A stretch of 64,000 nucleotides of DNA. Origin: Octopus sinensis. Its lineage: Eukaryota. This document shows, piece by piece, positions 1-14,499 of this stretch. The notes under the pieces were generated by a model. That model did not search any database. It worked only from the letters and a program-made list of their open reading frames with translations, and was not told the origin of the DNA. The position numbers were made by a program, and so were the translations under genes. The DNA lies in contig NC_043008.1 of the NCBI RefSeq assembly GCF_006345805.1, positions 19,840,001-19,904,000 of the forward strand. Direction: 5' to 3'. Numbering within the stretch: the stretch's first letter is position 1; every line of letters starts with the position of its first letter.

Positions 1-24
1 GTGAGAAAAAGAATATCGTTTTCA

Positions 25-228
25 AAGTTTAGCACAAGGCCAGCAATTTAGTGGGAGGGGACAAATCGATTAGATTCATCTCACAGGCAGCTGCTACATC
101 TTTTATTGATCCAAAAATTATGAAAAGCCAAGTCGACCTCGGCGGAACTTGAACTCGGGACGAAAAGGCGGACGAAATGCCGCTAAGCAATTTTCCTACC
201 ATGCCAACGGTTCTGGCAGCTCGCCACC
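25..228 (-). mobile_element. tRNA-derived SINE, family A (degenerate copy)
   Basis: Reverse complement matches the family-A consensus seen elsewhere in the window (ggcgagctggcagaa...gagttcaaattccgccgaggtcgactttgcctttcatcc), including a B-box-like GAGTTCAA motif. Confidence 0.85.
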
Positions 229-416
229 CCGAGGAAACGTAAATATGAGGTCTGGAGTCATCACAAACAGCTTGTTTAATATTCTGTATAATCGTATAAC
301 CCTATGAACGTTGTTGTTACCTAAGTTACTGCACATATCTGCTGCAAACTAAAGTTGAATAAACGTCATTAATCTGTGTTCTCCAACCTGCCAAAACCTG
401 TATTCATTTCCAAAGT

Positions 417-612
417 CAGAAACGTCAGCATGCCGGGCAAAATGCTTAGCGGTATTTCGTCTGGTTTTATGTTCTGTGTTCAAATTCCGCCGCGGTCGAC
501 TTTGCCCTTCATCCTTTCGGGGTCGAAAAATTAAGTGTCAGTTGTGTACTGGGGTCGATTTAATCGACTGGCCCTCTCCCCTAAAATTGCGTGCCTTTTA
601 TCTAGAGAAGAA
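417..612 (+). mobile_element. tRNA-derived SINE, family A
   Basis: cagaaacgtcagcatgccgggcaaaatgcttagcggtatttcg...ttcaaattccgccgcggtcgactttgcccttcatcctttcggggtcg matches the other family-A copies. Confidence 0.9.
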
Positions 613-1256
613 AAGATTAACCCACCAGCAAAAATATAGACTGCAAATGAAATATACATTGAGGCAGTGAACGTTCAGTAGTCTCGGGATCATATCTTAG
701 ACGTCTGCAAAAACGCGTATTATTTTGGATGTGACGTCATTCGTGAGTAGGATGCATTCATTTCTGCGTCGTTCTTCTTGGTTAGCTATGAAGAACCAAC
801 ATAGTCGCTCATTGCCTGATAAGAATAAAATTAAATCTTTTAAAAACAACACACCGAATGCTTGCTGATACTCTTGTAGGACTATCTCTGCATCAAATGA
901 TCATAGCATACCCGAATGCAATCAAACTTACCAAATATGATTCATGTTTTTACACGAACATTTTTGTATTATATATATATGTGATGAAGGAGGGAAACGG
1001 AAAATGTAGTCAGCAAGAATATTCAGAATGACCGTTTCGACCAATTCTGCACCTGCCTCATGTGGGTAGGATATATATTGCTAGTTGTGTTGCATCCTGT
1101 TGTTGATCTAGTCAGTCTTGTGTCATACCTACATAACTGTGGATGACATCAGCTAGCGTAAACGGTGAAAGTGCTTTGATCGGCATACTACTAACCATAT
1201 CACCAAGCTCCAGATGATTACTATATATATATATATATAGTATAATATGTATATCC

Positions 1257-1257
<1 letters not shown>

Positions 1258-1329
<72 letters not shown>

Positions 1330-1375
1330 ATCATTTGTTTACATTTCATATATATATATATATACATATATATAT
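1258..1375. repeat. (TA)n microsatellite
   Basis: Direct inspection. Confidence 0.95.
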
Positions 1376-1709
1376 GCCTTGTGCATATTGGCAACGCTTT
1401 CTATATTTTATTTTGTGGATGTGCTATTTTCTACTTTACAATATCTGTTAGTTTTATCGGGAAAAGAAAAAAATACTTTAGTTTTCTTCAAACTTTTAAT
1501 GTCGGAGTTAAGTATATTTTGAAAACTAGAATTACGCGAACACCTTTCAATATGAAAATAGATCTGACATTTAGAATTTGGAAACATCGAAAAATATTTT
1601 TTTTATTTCTTCACATAATAGAATCAATTACTAGCAAGTAGAAAATGCCACATGCACTCTGGTGCGTAACTAGTACATAGCAAACAATTTCAATAAAACT
1701 AATGCATAC

Positions 1710-1755
<46 letters not shown>

Positions 1756-1936
1756 TGAGCGCATAAATGCCAGTTGTCTAAAAAATAAAATTTGTTAGAT
1801 TGTCTAACTAAATACTAGTCTTAAATCTTACCTGAAGATGGAAATTGTAGGAGTAGTAAACCGAGGCACGATTAATCAGCTTGAATTTATGGAAAATACA
1901 TGCAAACTCCGACAATTGGAGATAAATTGGGTTGCA

Positions 1937-1939
<3 letters not shown>

Positions 1940-1967
<28 letters not shown>

Positions 1968-1995
1968 TGATAATAATAATAATAATAATAATAAA
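1940..1995. repeat. (TAA)n microsatellite
   Basis: Direct inspection; source of the poly-Tyr ORF at 1808-2065. Confidence 0.95.
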
Positions 1996-2169
1996 AAGCA
2001 TGATTTAGTTTTAGTAAGTTGTCATTGTTGATTTTAACTGTTCGATTTCGCAATGAAGACGCCATTACATAGACAAATATATATGATATTACTTATTTGT
2101 ATTTAAGATGTGTCTGCAAATGAAATTCTAAATGTGATATGCAACATCTTTATCCAGCCCTGACTGTTT

Positions 2170-3548
2170 CACCAATATCTAGGGATCGGTGAGTACATAT
2201 CCTATGATGGTAAATGTAACAAGGAACGCCTTACTAAGTAAACATGGATATCAGCAGATGTGATCATAAAGTTGACGATCAGTGAAGGAGACTACCAATG
2301 CCAGACTGCTAAGAAATTAATTGATATTCCATACGGACTAGCCGATTAAATTTCAGCTTGTAAATATCGTAACATTGCCGGATCATCAGTCTTGAATGAT
2401 GTGGGCTCGCAAAAACTAGAGAGGAAAACTAAATCGAAGGCTACGCAGAGAAGTCAGCAAGCCACGGAATTGTCAAAATATTTAAAATTCTCCACAGCAA
2501 GAGGTGTGGGCAGTACTAGTATTCTAACCAACACTTAGGCAACTTGATTAAACAATTGATAACATTTGAGCCTCTATTATGAAAATCCCCAAAATATTAA
2601 CCAGTAGAAAAGACATTTACTTTAACAGACAATGGTGTAGGTCACCTTTGCTTAAAATGAAAACATCCTTTTCGACTCAGACAGCATTTGAATGTCACAT
2701 CATATTTCATTGACAGCATATTTTAACCATAAATGTCGAAGTGTACCTATCGGTTAAGTATGCATAGACTAAGCAAATCAAAATCACGAGATTCGGAAAG
2801 CAGCTCTTCGAGAAACATTCCTTGTCAAGCTAACCTGGAGAACATGCACAAACAAATTATAAGAATCTACCGCAACATAGTTGCAGACAAAAGGATGAGA
2901 GTATATTAACAGAAAAAACGCATAGATATGCTATCGAGACTGACAGCCACCTTTATAATATGCACAAAATAGACAACGACTCAGGTAAACGTCAAAATGT
3001 TATAACGTATGCAAACGTTTTAGAATTGACACTGAATATATAAGCAGTTGTCCAAAAGTGTCATTGTGTATTTATCTTTCGTTGTGACATGATCCTACAG
3101 TCAACTCGTTGTACAGTGTTATCCACAGGAAAGCTATTATAGAGACAAAATATATAAACGCCCACAGTGCAGTAGAGACCTTAACTAATCATGACACGAA
3201 AAATTACTGGTGGAATATCATTGTGGAAACTAGTAAAAAGCAAACATAACAGACGATATTTACTGGTTTGGGGACCTTACATAGAAAATAAGTAAAACAG
3301 TGGAAGAAGGTTACCCAGCAGATGTGATCATAAAGTTGACGATCAGTGAAAGAGACTACCAATGCCAGACTGCTAAGAAATTAATTAATTGACCGGCCGA
3401 TTAAATTTCAGCTTGTAAGTATTGTAACATTGCTGGATTATCAGTCTTGAATGATATGGGCTCGCAAAAACTAGAGAGGAAAACTAAATCGAAGGCTACG
3501 CAGAGAAGTCAGCAAGCCATGGAATTGTCAAAATATTTAAAATTCTCC
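2170..3548 (+). mobile_element. Degenerate, rearranged R4/Dong-like non-LTR retrotransposon relic
   Basis: Patches align by eye to the 14.5-16.2 kb element: gacagcatattttaaccataaatgtcgaagtg vs ggcaacatcttttaaccaccaagtgtcgaagtg; gaatctaccgcaac...aaaggatgagagtata vs gactctaccgcaac...aaaggatgagtctata; peptide EYISYDGKC vs ENISYNGTC. No intact ORF. Confidence 0.6.
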
Positions 3549-3781
3549 AAAAGCTTTGTTAATAAGATATGCACATGTTTAGACATGCGTCCATATGTCG
3601 GAGTACACACATATAAAGAAAAACACAGATGACATTAGCTGTCGTTACATACTTGTACACATGAACATAAATATGAAGAATTATCCAGCAGGTGTTGAAA
3701 TGTTAACCACGCAATACTGGATTCCAGTTATAAACCTATTCTTTCTCCATTGCAGACACATTTTAAATACAAATAAATAAT

Positions 3782-5774
<1,993 letters not shown>

Positions 5775-5999
5775 ATATATATATATGTTTATCTGTCTGT
5801 GTTCGTACCCCACCTTCGCTTGACAACTGATGTCGGTGTATTTACGTTTCCGTGCTTAGCGGTTCTGCAAAAGAGACCGATAGAATAATAACTAGGGTTA
5901 CAAAGAATAAGTCGCGGTGCCATCTGGTCGACAGAAGCCGTTATTCCAGCATGACCGCATTAAAAAATGACTGAAACAAATAAAAGTATAAAGGAATAT

Positions 6000-6977
6000 G
6001 CTGAGCAACAATCTTTTTCCTGTATGACACAAAAGATTGTTCTGCAACTGACCTGGCTAAATCAGTCTCAACAGATAGGACTTTCCTCAATACACAAGAC
6101 CACAGTAGCAAATGGACCCAAAGTGGACACCACTGGCAACAAAGCAGACATCACATTGGTACTCTTACTAAACATCAGGGGACTAGTAACACTTAGTAAC
6201 AGGACAAAGATTCGTTTCCTGAGAGACCTTGTTGCATGCGACTAGGGAAGCACACCTAAAACCAGATATAGCAAATGCAGAAATACACATAACACAATAT
6301 GTTGCATTATGGACTGACAGAAAAGACAGGAGTCACAGTGGAGTTGCTATGTACATTAGCGAAGACCTCACACCTGAGGTCCGTTTGTCACATTCAAATT
6401 CAGTATGTGCCACACTAATTGTACATATAAGACAACACGAGGCTACACGAGTATGATAGCCTCTATGTAGCATGTAATTTACTGGGAAAGACTCAAGAGA
6501 TTGAGAATCTATTCCCTAGGGAGTAGGCTCGAAAGATATGCCATAGCATATATCAGGAAGGTCCTAGAGGGACGTGTCCCAAACTTTGGTATCGAGAGTT
6601 ACACTAATGATAGAATAGGGCGCCACTGTATAGTGCCAAATACTTTGCCATTAAGATATAGGAAAATATGTTTCAACAGCCTGGGCCTTAAAGACCCACA
6701 ACTCTTTAATATCCTCCTGAAGGGCCTGAGAGACCTACATGGGATGGGTGTATGTGTCTTCAAAACGAAACTAGACCTCATAGTGTCAAGTGTCCCAGAT
6801 AAGGCAGCTTCACAGCAAGAAGAGCAGATGAGGGCCTCTGCATCAAACTTCTTCGTGCACCAAACATCGATTTCTAAAAAGAAATAGTGAAGTAAAATTA
6901 TGTAGCAATACCATATGGCGGTGCCCCAGCATGGCCATCCTCTTGAGCAGAACTTAGATGAAATCAAATCAAATCAT
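6000..6977 (+). mobile_element. CR1/L2-group LINE, internally deleted: APE endonuclease N-terminus fused to ORF2 C-terminus and 3' UTR
   Basis: Peptides LLLNIRGL, EAHLKPDIANAEIHI, DRKDRSHSGVAMYI (APE-like), then ERYAIAYIRKVLEGRVPNFGI...RIGRHCIVP, which matches the ORF2 C-termini at 18.1-18.6 kb and 54.4-54.8 kb; ends in ggcggtgccccagcatggcc and (AAATC)n. Confidence 0.85.
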
Positions 6978-7376
6978 GTATATATTTACACACATACACT
7001 CGTATACAGCTACATAAGTGGGTGAGTTATACATACACACACACATAACGCGCGCACACATACATACACTCACACACGCACACATATACATACACACACA
7101 TGTCCAAACATGTATGTCGTTATGGTTACTTCAAGTTTGGTCTGCACACGAGTAGTTGTCTTATACTCACATCATATTACCTATCAAAGAATTATAATAA
7201 GCAACAGTGCTAGCGTAATATATGGAAGTTGGAGTGAGGGCACACAGGCAATTAATTCTAGGATTGATCTTATCTGGAAATTGACTTGCTCAAGAAGCTA
7301 TAAATTATTTAGTAAAGATTGTGAAGGTATATAAAAGTGAGTAGTTTAAGAAAAAGAACAGACCTGCTTAGAATGA

Positions 7377-7438
<62 letters not shown>

Positions 7439-8433
7439 AGAGAGAGAAAGGTAGAGGGAGAGACAGAGAGACCTGTCAGAGGTATCTCTGAATTAAGGCT
7501 GTAATTAAATAAATAAATAAACGGTTAAAGGGTCACTGATGAGGTTTATGTCATTAGCTATATTATTAACGTTATGCAGCGGAGAATATTGAAGTATAGT
7601 TTGAAAATGACAATGCATGTATTTCTACATACATACATATAGATATATACTTATGTATATGTGTATGTATATATGTATATATATATATATATACTCACAC
7701 AAGTGAGTGAAAAAGATTGGACATAAAACCTTAGTCTTTGCAAGCGTTATCCGCATCGTGTCATATATATTCAAGTTTCAGTTTGAAAGTAGTTTTATGA
7801 ACTAAATTTAATCAAATATGGTTTAAGGAAAGAAATTAAGATTATACAAAGTAACGACAGGCAATATTCGTATGTTGTTTAATTTAAGGAAAAGGTAGAT
7901 TAAATGTCATATCAGGGAAATTTAATCAAGTAGATCTGCTGGATATTATTAAATCAATACGGATTTAAAGTTTTATGAAATTAAAACTTGGTAAAAAATT
8001 ATAACCCTAATTAATTCTTCTAAAGCTATTAATGTTTTGTTTTATTAAAAACTTTTCTTATGCTTCCGGAAGTATTTCACCGCTTCGTTCTAAAGTAAGA
8101 AATGGCAAATCAAATCAAAATCTTATTTTTTATTTCAGGTTAAATGTTAAGAATAATCATTTGCAAAGAATTCAACTAGAATTGTGAAATTATATATGTA
8201 GAAAATATAACGGGATTATACTCTGAGTATGTGGGTAAATGAAAATGCATTGACAGGAGGTCCTACATGATGTATGTTTTTTACAGTGTATAATCAATTG
8301 CGTATTATCATATTTGGGTTTGATGAATGTGAATTCTTCTTTGTTTCTATACATAAGGGATCAATTTAGTGGAGATACATGTGCAACCAAATTGCTTCGT
8401 AGAGATCTAACAAGATTGAAACGGCGCCTATTG

Positions 8434-9003
8434 TATTGGGTTGTCCGGAAGGTTCGTGCCGATTTATAGTAGATTACGTTTCAACTTATTTTAAAACATG
8501 ATAGAATTCATAAAAAAGGATTTGACTACACCTCCTTTTAAGGCACAGTTTAAGCTATCGTCTCGTGGAAGAAGGTTTATGTTCCTATACCGTGTGTTAA
8601 TTCTACAACCCTTTAAAATGGAAGATAAGAAAGTTCATTTTCGGCAATTGATGGTTTGGGAACCAGAAAAAAAATTGCTGCAGCTAGGCTGGGATGTGTT
8701 ACTCCACCCTCCATATTCACCAGATATTGCTCCTTCGGATTTCCCCTTATTCAGGTCTCTGCAGAATAGTCTTAACGATATAAATTTCAATTCGTTGGAT
8801 GATGTAAAACGATACCTTGATGAAGTCTTTGCCATGAAACCACCACAATTCTGGGAAGAGGGTATTTTCAAGTTAAAGTAAAGATAAAGACGCATTGTGC
8901 AACAAAATGTTTCATATTTGGTTGATTAAAAATGTAATGGCAAGTATTTATTGGCCTTTTTCTTTCCTTTAAAATGGGCACGAACTTTCCGGGCAACCCA
9001 ATA
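8434..9003 (+). mobile_element. Internally deleted mariner (Tc1/mariner) transposon with both TIRs
   Basis: TIRs tattgggttgtccggaaggttcgtgccgattt and aaaatgggcacgaactttccgggcaacccaata with TA at both ends; ORF 8498-8881 ends in the mariner C-terminal motif GWDVLLHPPYSPDIAPSDFPLFRSLQNSL. Confidence 0.92.
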
Positions 9004-9139
9004 GTTACACTTGTTTGGAATAACCTATTCTGCTTCTAGTTTTTGAAAGATTTAAACACAACCAGCGCAGCTTAGTGTCACAGACTTGCAAGAATAATTA
9101 CTACTCGGTAGAGTAAATTTTTTCAAATCACTATGCTGC

Positions 9140-9330
9140 CTGTCGCATGACAATTTTGTTTAGGGTGTTGCACTGATGATCGTAAGTTTGTAGTTTCGTT
9201 TCCTGAACCCGGCGATATGTTGTGTTGTTGAGCAAAACACTTCATTTTAAGTTGCTCCTGTCCGCTCAGCTGGCAAAAATGAGTAATCCTGATATGAATG
9301 TCATCATGTCCAGGGATGATTATATAAGCC
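9140..9330 (+). mobile_element. SINE family C, degenerate
   Basis: tgtgttgttgagcaaaacacttcatt...gctcctgtccgctcagctggcaaaaatgagt resembles 9.54-9.83 kb and 44.39-44.69 kb. Confidence 0.55.
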
Positions 9331-9539
9331 AGAAAAGCTAAGAAACCGGATTTATTCTCCTAAGCGAGTTATGTGGTCTAACCGCTGTTGCCTAAGAAAC
9401 CTATTGTATATATGTATGAATGTATATATGTATATGCATGTATGTATGTATGTGTGTATGTATGTATGTATATATGTATGTATATATGTATGCATCTGTA
9501 TATATCAGTATAGAGAGAGGGTAAAAACCAATTATGTGA

Positions 9540-9835
9540 AGGCGCAAGGCTCAGTAGTTAGTGAGTGGGGCTCATAACTATGGGGTAGTGAGTTCGATTC
9601 CCGGACAGGGCTGTATGTTGTGTTCTTGAGCAGCTTTAGAAATGAGTTGTGATGCTACTGGTGCAAAAGCGTATCGGCCTTTGCCTTTCCCTTGGATAAC
9701 ATCAGTTACATGGAGAAGAGAGACTGGTATACATGGCGGCTGCTGGTCTTCCATAAACGACCTTGCCTGGATTTGTGCCGTTGAGGGTGATTTTCTAGGT
9801 GCAATTCCTTGACCATTCATATCCGAAGTGGGTAT
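9540..9835 (+). mobile_element. tRNA-derived SINE, family C
   Basis: A-box-like ggctcagtagttag and B-box-like gagttcgattccc, followed by tgtgttcttgagc. Confidence 0.7.
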
Positions 9836-10597
9836 TTATATGGTGGATTGCTTTTTAGAGTTCAGGATCGAACTTGTTTCATTGTAAAAGATTTCAACTT
9901 TTATCTTCTGTTTCTTAGAGTTCATTATTCGCTTCATAGTTAATGCTATCAAATCAAACACATCTAAAGATGAGCTGTGTAATATTGCAAATGAATATCT
10001 GTCTGAAATATTTTGAAATATCACTAGTCTTATTAAGTTATATTTGTAAAGCATCTTTTTAAATATTGAAATGTTGTTTTTCAAGTGAAGGTGAATTTGC
10101 AAGTCCTTACATCCTATCGTTCTCATTTCCTTCGGATGAATTAACGCCTTTGATTTTGTACTTAATCTCCCGAATCGAGGAGAAATAAAATAAGCGCTAT
10201 TTAAAAAAAGTAACCAATTCTATATTTGCATATAGCTAACAAAATGCTTAATTTCTCATTTCTTTTTATTTAACACAGCATGATCCGAAATACCTGTTAT
10301 TTCTAACACGTCTAGGATTAGGCAATTTCACACTCGTTCATTCCTGTTTTCGACGTGAAATTGCAAAGCATATATCTCTCGCATTCTTAAAATGTTCGGC
10401 TCTTGTTTTAGTCGGTTGTTGTGTCATAATCTCAGGAATATATTTGTACAAAACCGCAACGTTACATTCGCTTTGTAACTACGGATCATATTTTCAGGAT
10501 AGATGCTACACATAAGCTTGCGAAAAGTTTTGCAAAATTCAGTGAGCCAAATGTCTTCGGTTATTGTTAGTTGCATGTCGATATTACTGTTTGCATT

Positions 10598-10790
10598 AAA
10601 CACGCCGGGCAAAATGTTTAGCGGAATTGCTCCTGTCTTTAACTTCTGAGTCCAAATTCCGTAGAGGTTGACTTCGCGTTTCCTCCCTTCTGGATCAATA
10701 AAATAAATACCAGTTAAGTACCGCGGTCGATAAAATCGACCTACCCACTCTACCGAAATTTCTGGCCTTGCTCCAAAATTTGTAACCAGT
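10598..10790 (+). mobile_element. SINE family A, degenerate
   Basis: cacgccgggcaaaatgtttagcgg...ccaaattccgtagaggttgac...taccagttaag. Confidence 0.8.
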
Positions 10791-10811
10791 AGTTTTATAA
10801 ATTGCATTAAG

Positions 10812-11010
10812 GCACTGAGCTAAGCGTCCTGGACAAATATACTTCGCAGTAATTCGTCCATCTTTGCGTTCTGAGTTGAAATTCCGCCGAGGTCAACCTT
10901 GTCTTTCTTCTTCTAGGGGTCGATGAAACAAGTGCCGGTTAAGTACTAGGGTCGATGCAATCGACTTGCCTTCTCTCTCAAAATTTCAGCATTGTGCTTA
11001 TAGAAGAAAG
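10812..11010 (+). mobile_element. SINE family A, degenerate
   Basis: ttctgagttgaaattccgccgaggtcaacc...ggggtcgatgaaacaag. Confidence 0.8.
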
Positions 11011-11961
11011 GATACTACTACTGGTTACATTATAACTAATTCCGGCAATGTGGTAAAACTGGCATATTATATTTGATATACAGTGTATCATTGAGCTTCT
11101 ATTTTCACCATAATTCCAATAAAGTCCATAACAAAATACTATGCAAAGTGTACCTCCTCCGAGGTCTTTTATATTTCTTATTAGATTATACGTGAATCGG
11201 ATGTAATTTAAATGGTTACTGCTGTCGCTAATAACATAATAAAGTGACTGTTTTCAGGATAACTAGGCCTGACAATGGAGCAACATTTACTGTAAAGATG
11301 AGATTAAAAGACACAAATAGAGAATATAAGTAATACTCACAACTGCAGCTTCATTATCGAGACTACAAATTCATGACATTCCCTGCGCAGTTCTTATAAA
11401 GAGTGAAAGAGAAATTGCAGAAACATTTTCCCTCGGAATCTAAAAGCATCAGCTGCTTAGACTGAAGTAGACATTGTTGTTATTACCTTTGCTGTACTTT
11501 TCATTAGTAACGATAAAATTAAGAAATGTATTTCTTTCAGAATGTGAAAGTATCAGCTGCCACAGACTGAATGATATATTTTTGTAGTAGACAATCTCAG
11601 TGAAGTTGAAATTACACGAATAAATTCAAATAATATATTCATATTGCTGTGTGGTTATAACACCAAGAATTTAACATCTTGGCAACGACGGAAATTAACC
11701 CTTTTGACTCAAGTTTAATCTAGTATGGTTCCAAAAATGAGAGAAGCGAGAAGCGAGACATTTTAATCTGCAATATATTTCCTTGTGGTTTAAAGCAATC
11801 AATACTACCCAGCAACTATCACTGCAATTGTAACTGTGCATCCGATGTGCATTAATTTACCAGTGGTGCACACTGGTAATGTAATAATGCGTTGTAGATT
11901 TCGGTTTTGTCAATGCTGCTCTTACAATTTATCTCAAAGTAAATCTAATAGTAAGACAACG

Positions 11962-12142
11962 ATCGGGCCGGATCGTTTGCATGTCGGACGAAATACTTAG
12001 CGGTATTACTTCCAGTTCTTTATGATCTGAATTCATATCCTGTGGAAGTTAACTTTGCCTTTCATAACATCAGGATCAAGAAAATAAAGCCCGGGGTCGA
12101 TTTAATAGACTTGCCCTTTCCGCTTAGAGTTGTTAGCCTTGA
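11962..12142 (+). mobile_element. SINE family A, highly degenerate
   Basis: gacgaaatacttagcggtatt...aactttgcctttcat...ggggtcgatttaatagac. Confidence 0.7.
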
Positions 12143-12919
12143 GACCGGCAACGGACAGGACTCCGGTTCAGGGAAAATGTTAGGAACTTCTTACTTGCAA
12201 GACCTAGAAACCGCGTAGGCAATCTTATGAGTCCTAGAACACATGGAAAAAAGAACCCAGAACAAAAGGAAGCCAAATAGTGTGAGACCAGGTAAATATT
12301 TGTCGAATATTTCAGTGAAAGAGGGAAAAGCTCTAACTGAATAAGTGTGCATTACATTGAGTATTCTTATATTTAAATAGTACATAAAATTATCCAGGAA
12401 ACAGATTGAGGCTAGAGTAGCAATTCACTTTTTCAATTACAACTTAAAAGTGATTTCTATCAATGAGACTACGAGTGGAAACGTTATTACCATAGGATAG
12501 AATCTAAATCTTTGTTTCAGGTTTGGTATCATTTTGCCACATTAGATGATTGCTGGATAAAATTGGTTAAGCGTCGAGTAAAGCTATTCCAGTAATTACT
12601 TTGGCGTCCATTCATTAAGATTTCCGATGAAATCAAGTTCAACTGTTCAGTTCAAATTTCCTGGTGTGCGACTAGTAAATTACAAACGAAATAACGGTTC
12701 ACATCCCACAGCTTTCTCTTCTACTTTTTTAAAATGTACTGTGAGAGGGCCGTAAGAATCAAATCAGAGATTTCCTGCCTCCCAATAATGGAAGAGGATG
12801 GATCCACGGGTTACGGATCTACTTTTTCTTAGCAAAAACCGGGCATACAAGGAAGTGAACATAGTGGTTGTAGAGAGGTCGATACAGTGTGCGTAAATAT
12901 TCTTTTCAACTCTATGCAC

Positions 12920-13498
12920 AAGGCCCCAAATTTTTGGGATTGGCCCAGTCGATTAGATCAAACCCAGAACCCAACTGGTACTTAATTTATCGACACCGAA
13001 AGGTCGACCTCGGCGGAATTTGAACTCAGAATGTAGCGGCAGACGAAATACCTGTTTCTTTACTGCCCACAAAGGGATAAACATAGAGGCGACAAACAAG
13101 GACAGTCAAATGGATTAAGTCGATTACATCGGCCCCAGTGCGTAACTGCTACTTACTTTATCGACCCCGAAAGGATGAAATGCAAAGTCGACCTCGGCGG
13201 AATTTGAACTTAGAACGTAACGGCAGATGAAGTAACGTTAAGTATTTCGCCCGGCGTGCTAACATTTCATGTTTCTTTATTGCCCACAAGGGACTAAACA
13301 TAGAGGGAACAAACAAGGATAGACAAAAGGATTAAGTTGATTAGATCGATCCCAGTGCGTAACTGCTACTTAATTTATCGACCCTGAAAGGATGAAAGGC
13401 AAAGTCGACTTTGGCGGAATTTGAACTCAGAACGTAGCGGCAGATGAAATACTGCTAAGCATTTCGCCCGGCGTGCTAACGTTTCTGCCCGCTCGCTG
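12920..13498 (-). mobile_element. Three head-to-tail SINE family A units
   Basis: Three occurrences of the gtcgacctcggcggaatttgaactcagaac-type block; unit junctions at 13052/13053 and 13268/13269. Confidence 0.9.
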
Positions 13499-13715
13499 CT
13501 TTTGTGTGCGTATATATTAGAATAAAAATATGGATGTATGTAAGGGATCATTGATATGAATGTGCTAAGGAGACTAATAATGGTAAAGTCAGTAAAATAG
13601 AATACATGTGCGGGGGTTTCATTGGAAAAGTAACACACTCACACACACACACACACACACACATACATTTACATAAATACATATATAAAATACGACATAC
13701 ATGTATGTATATAAC

Positions 13716-14045
<330 letters not shown>

Positions 14046-14499
14046 GTATGCGTGCCTTACAACAGGCAATAAATATGTCATTCCGGTAATCAGATTAACA
14101 ATGGACAAGTGTTAAGTGGCAATGTTGTTAATTAAATGCAGCATAACACCTCTAAAACAGGTCAGCTATAACTTATTTATAAATAAGTGATGAATAATAT
14201 CGTAAGTACATACATACTAAAATTGTATTCGCTCTGAAATATTGCTTGTTTCGTACAGGAACCAGGCCAAATTTTGCAGAATGAAAGACTCTTGTAAAGA
14301 AGGTCATAATGTTAATTTGTATCTCGTATTTTCATATCTAACTATTCTGCAAATACATACATAGATACATAGATACATACATACATACGTACGTATGTAC
14401 GTAGTACGAACGAACAAATATACATACATGCTTACATACATATATACATACATACATACATACATAAATACATACATACATACATGCATGACCTGACTT

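Noticed and set aside
9836-10126. 96-aa minus-strand ORF in unique sequence
   Set aside because: No recognisable motif or splice context; length is compatible with chance.
12920-13498. Regularly recurring repeat units resembling a CRISPR array
   Set aside because: The units are ~200-bp SINE copies without unique spacers, in eukaryotic DNA.
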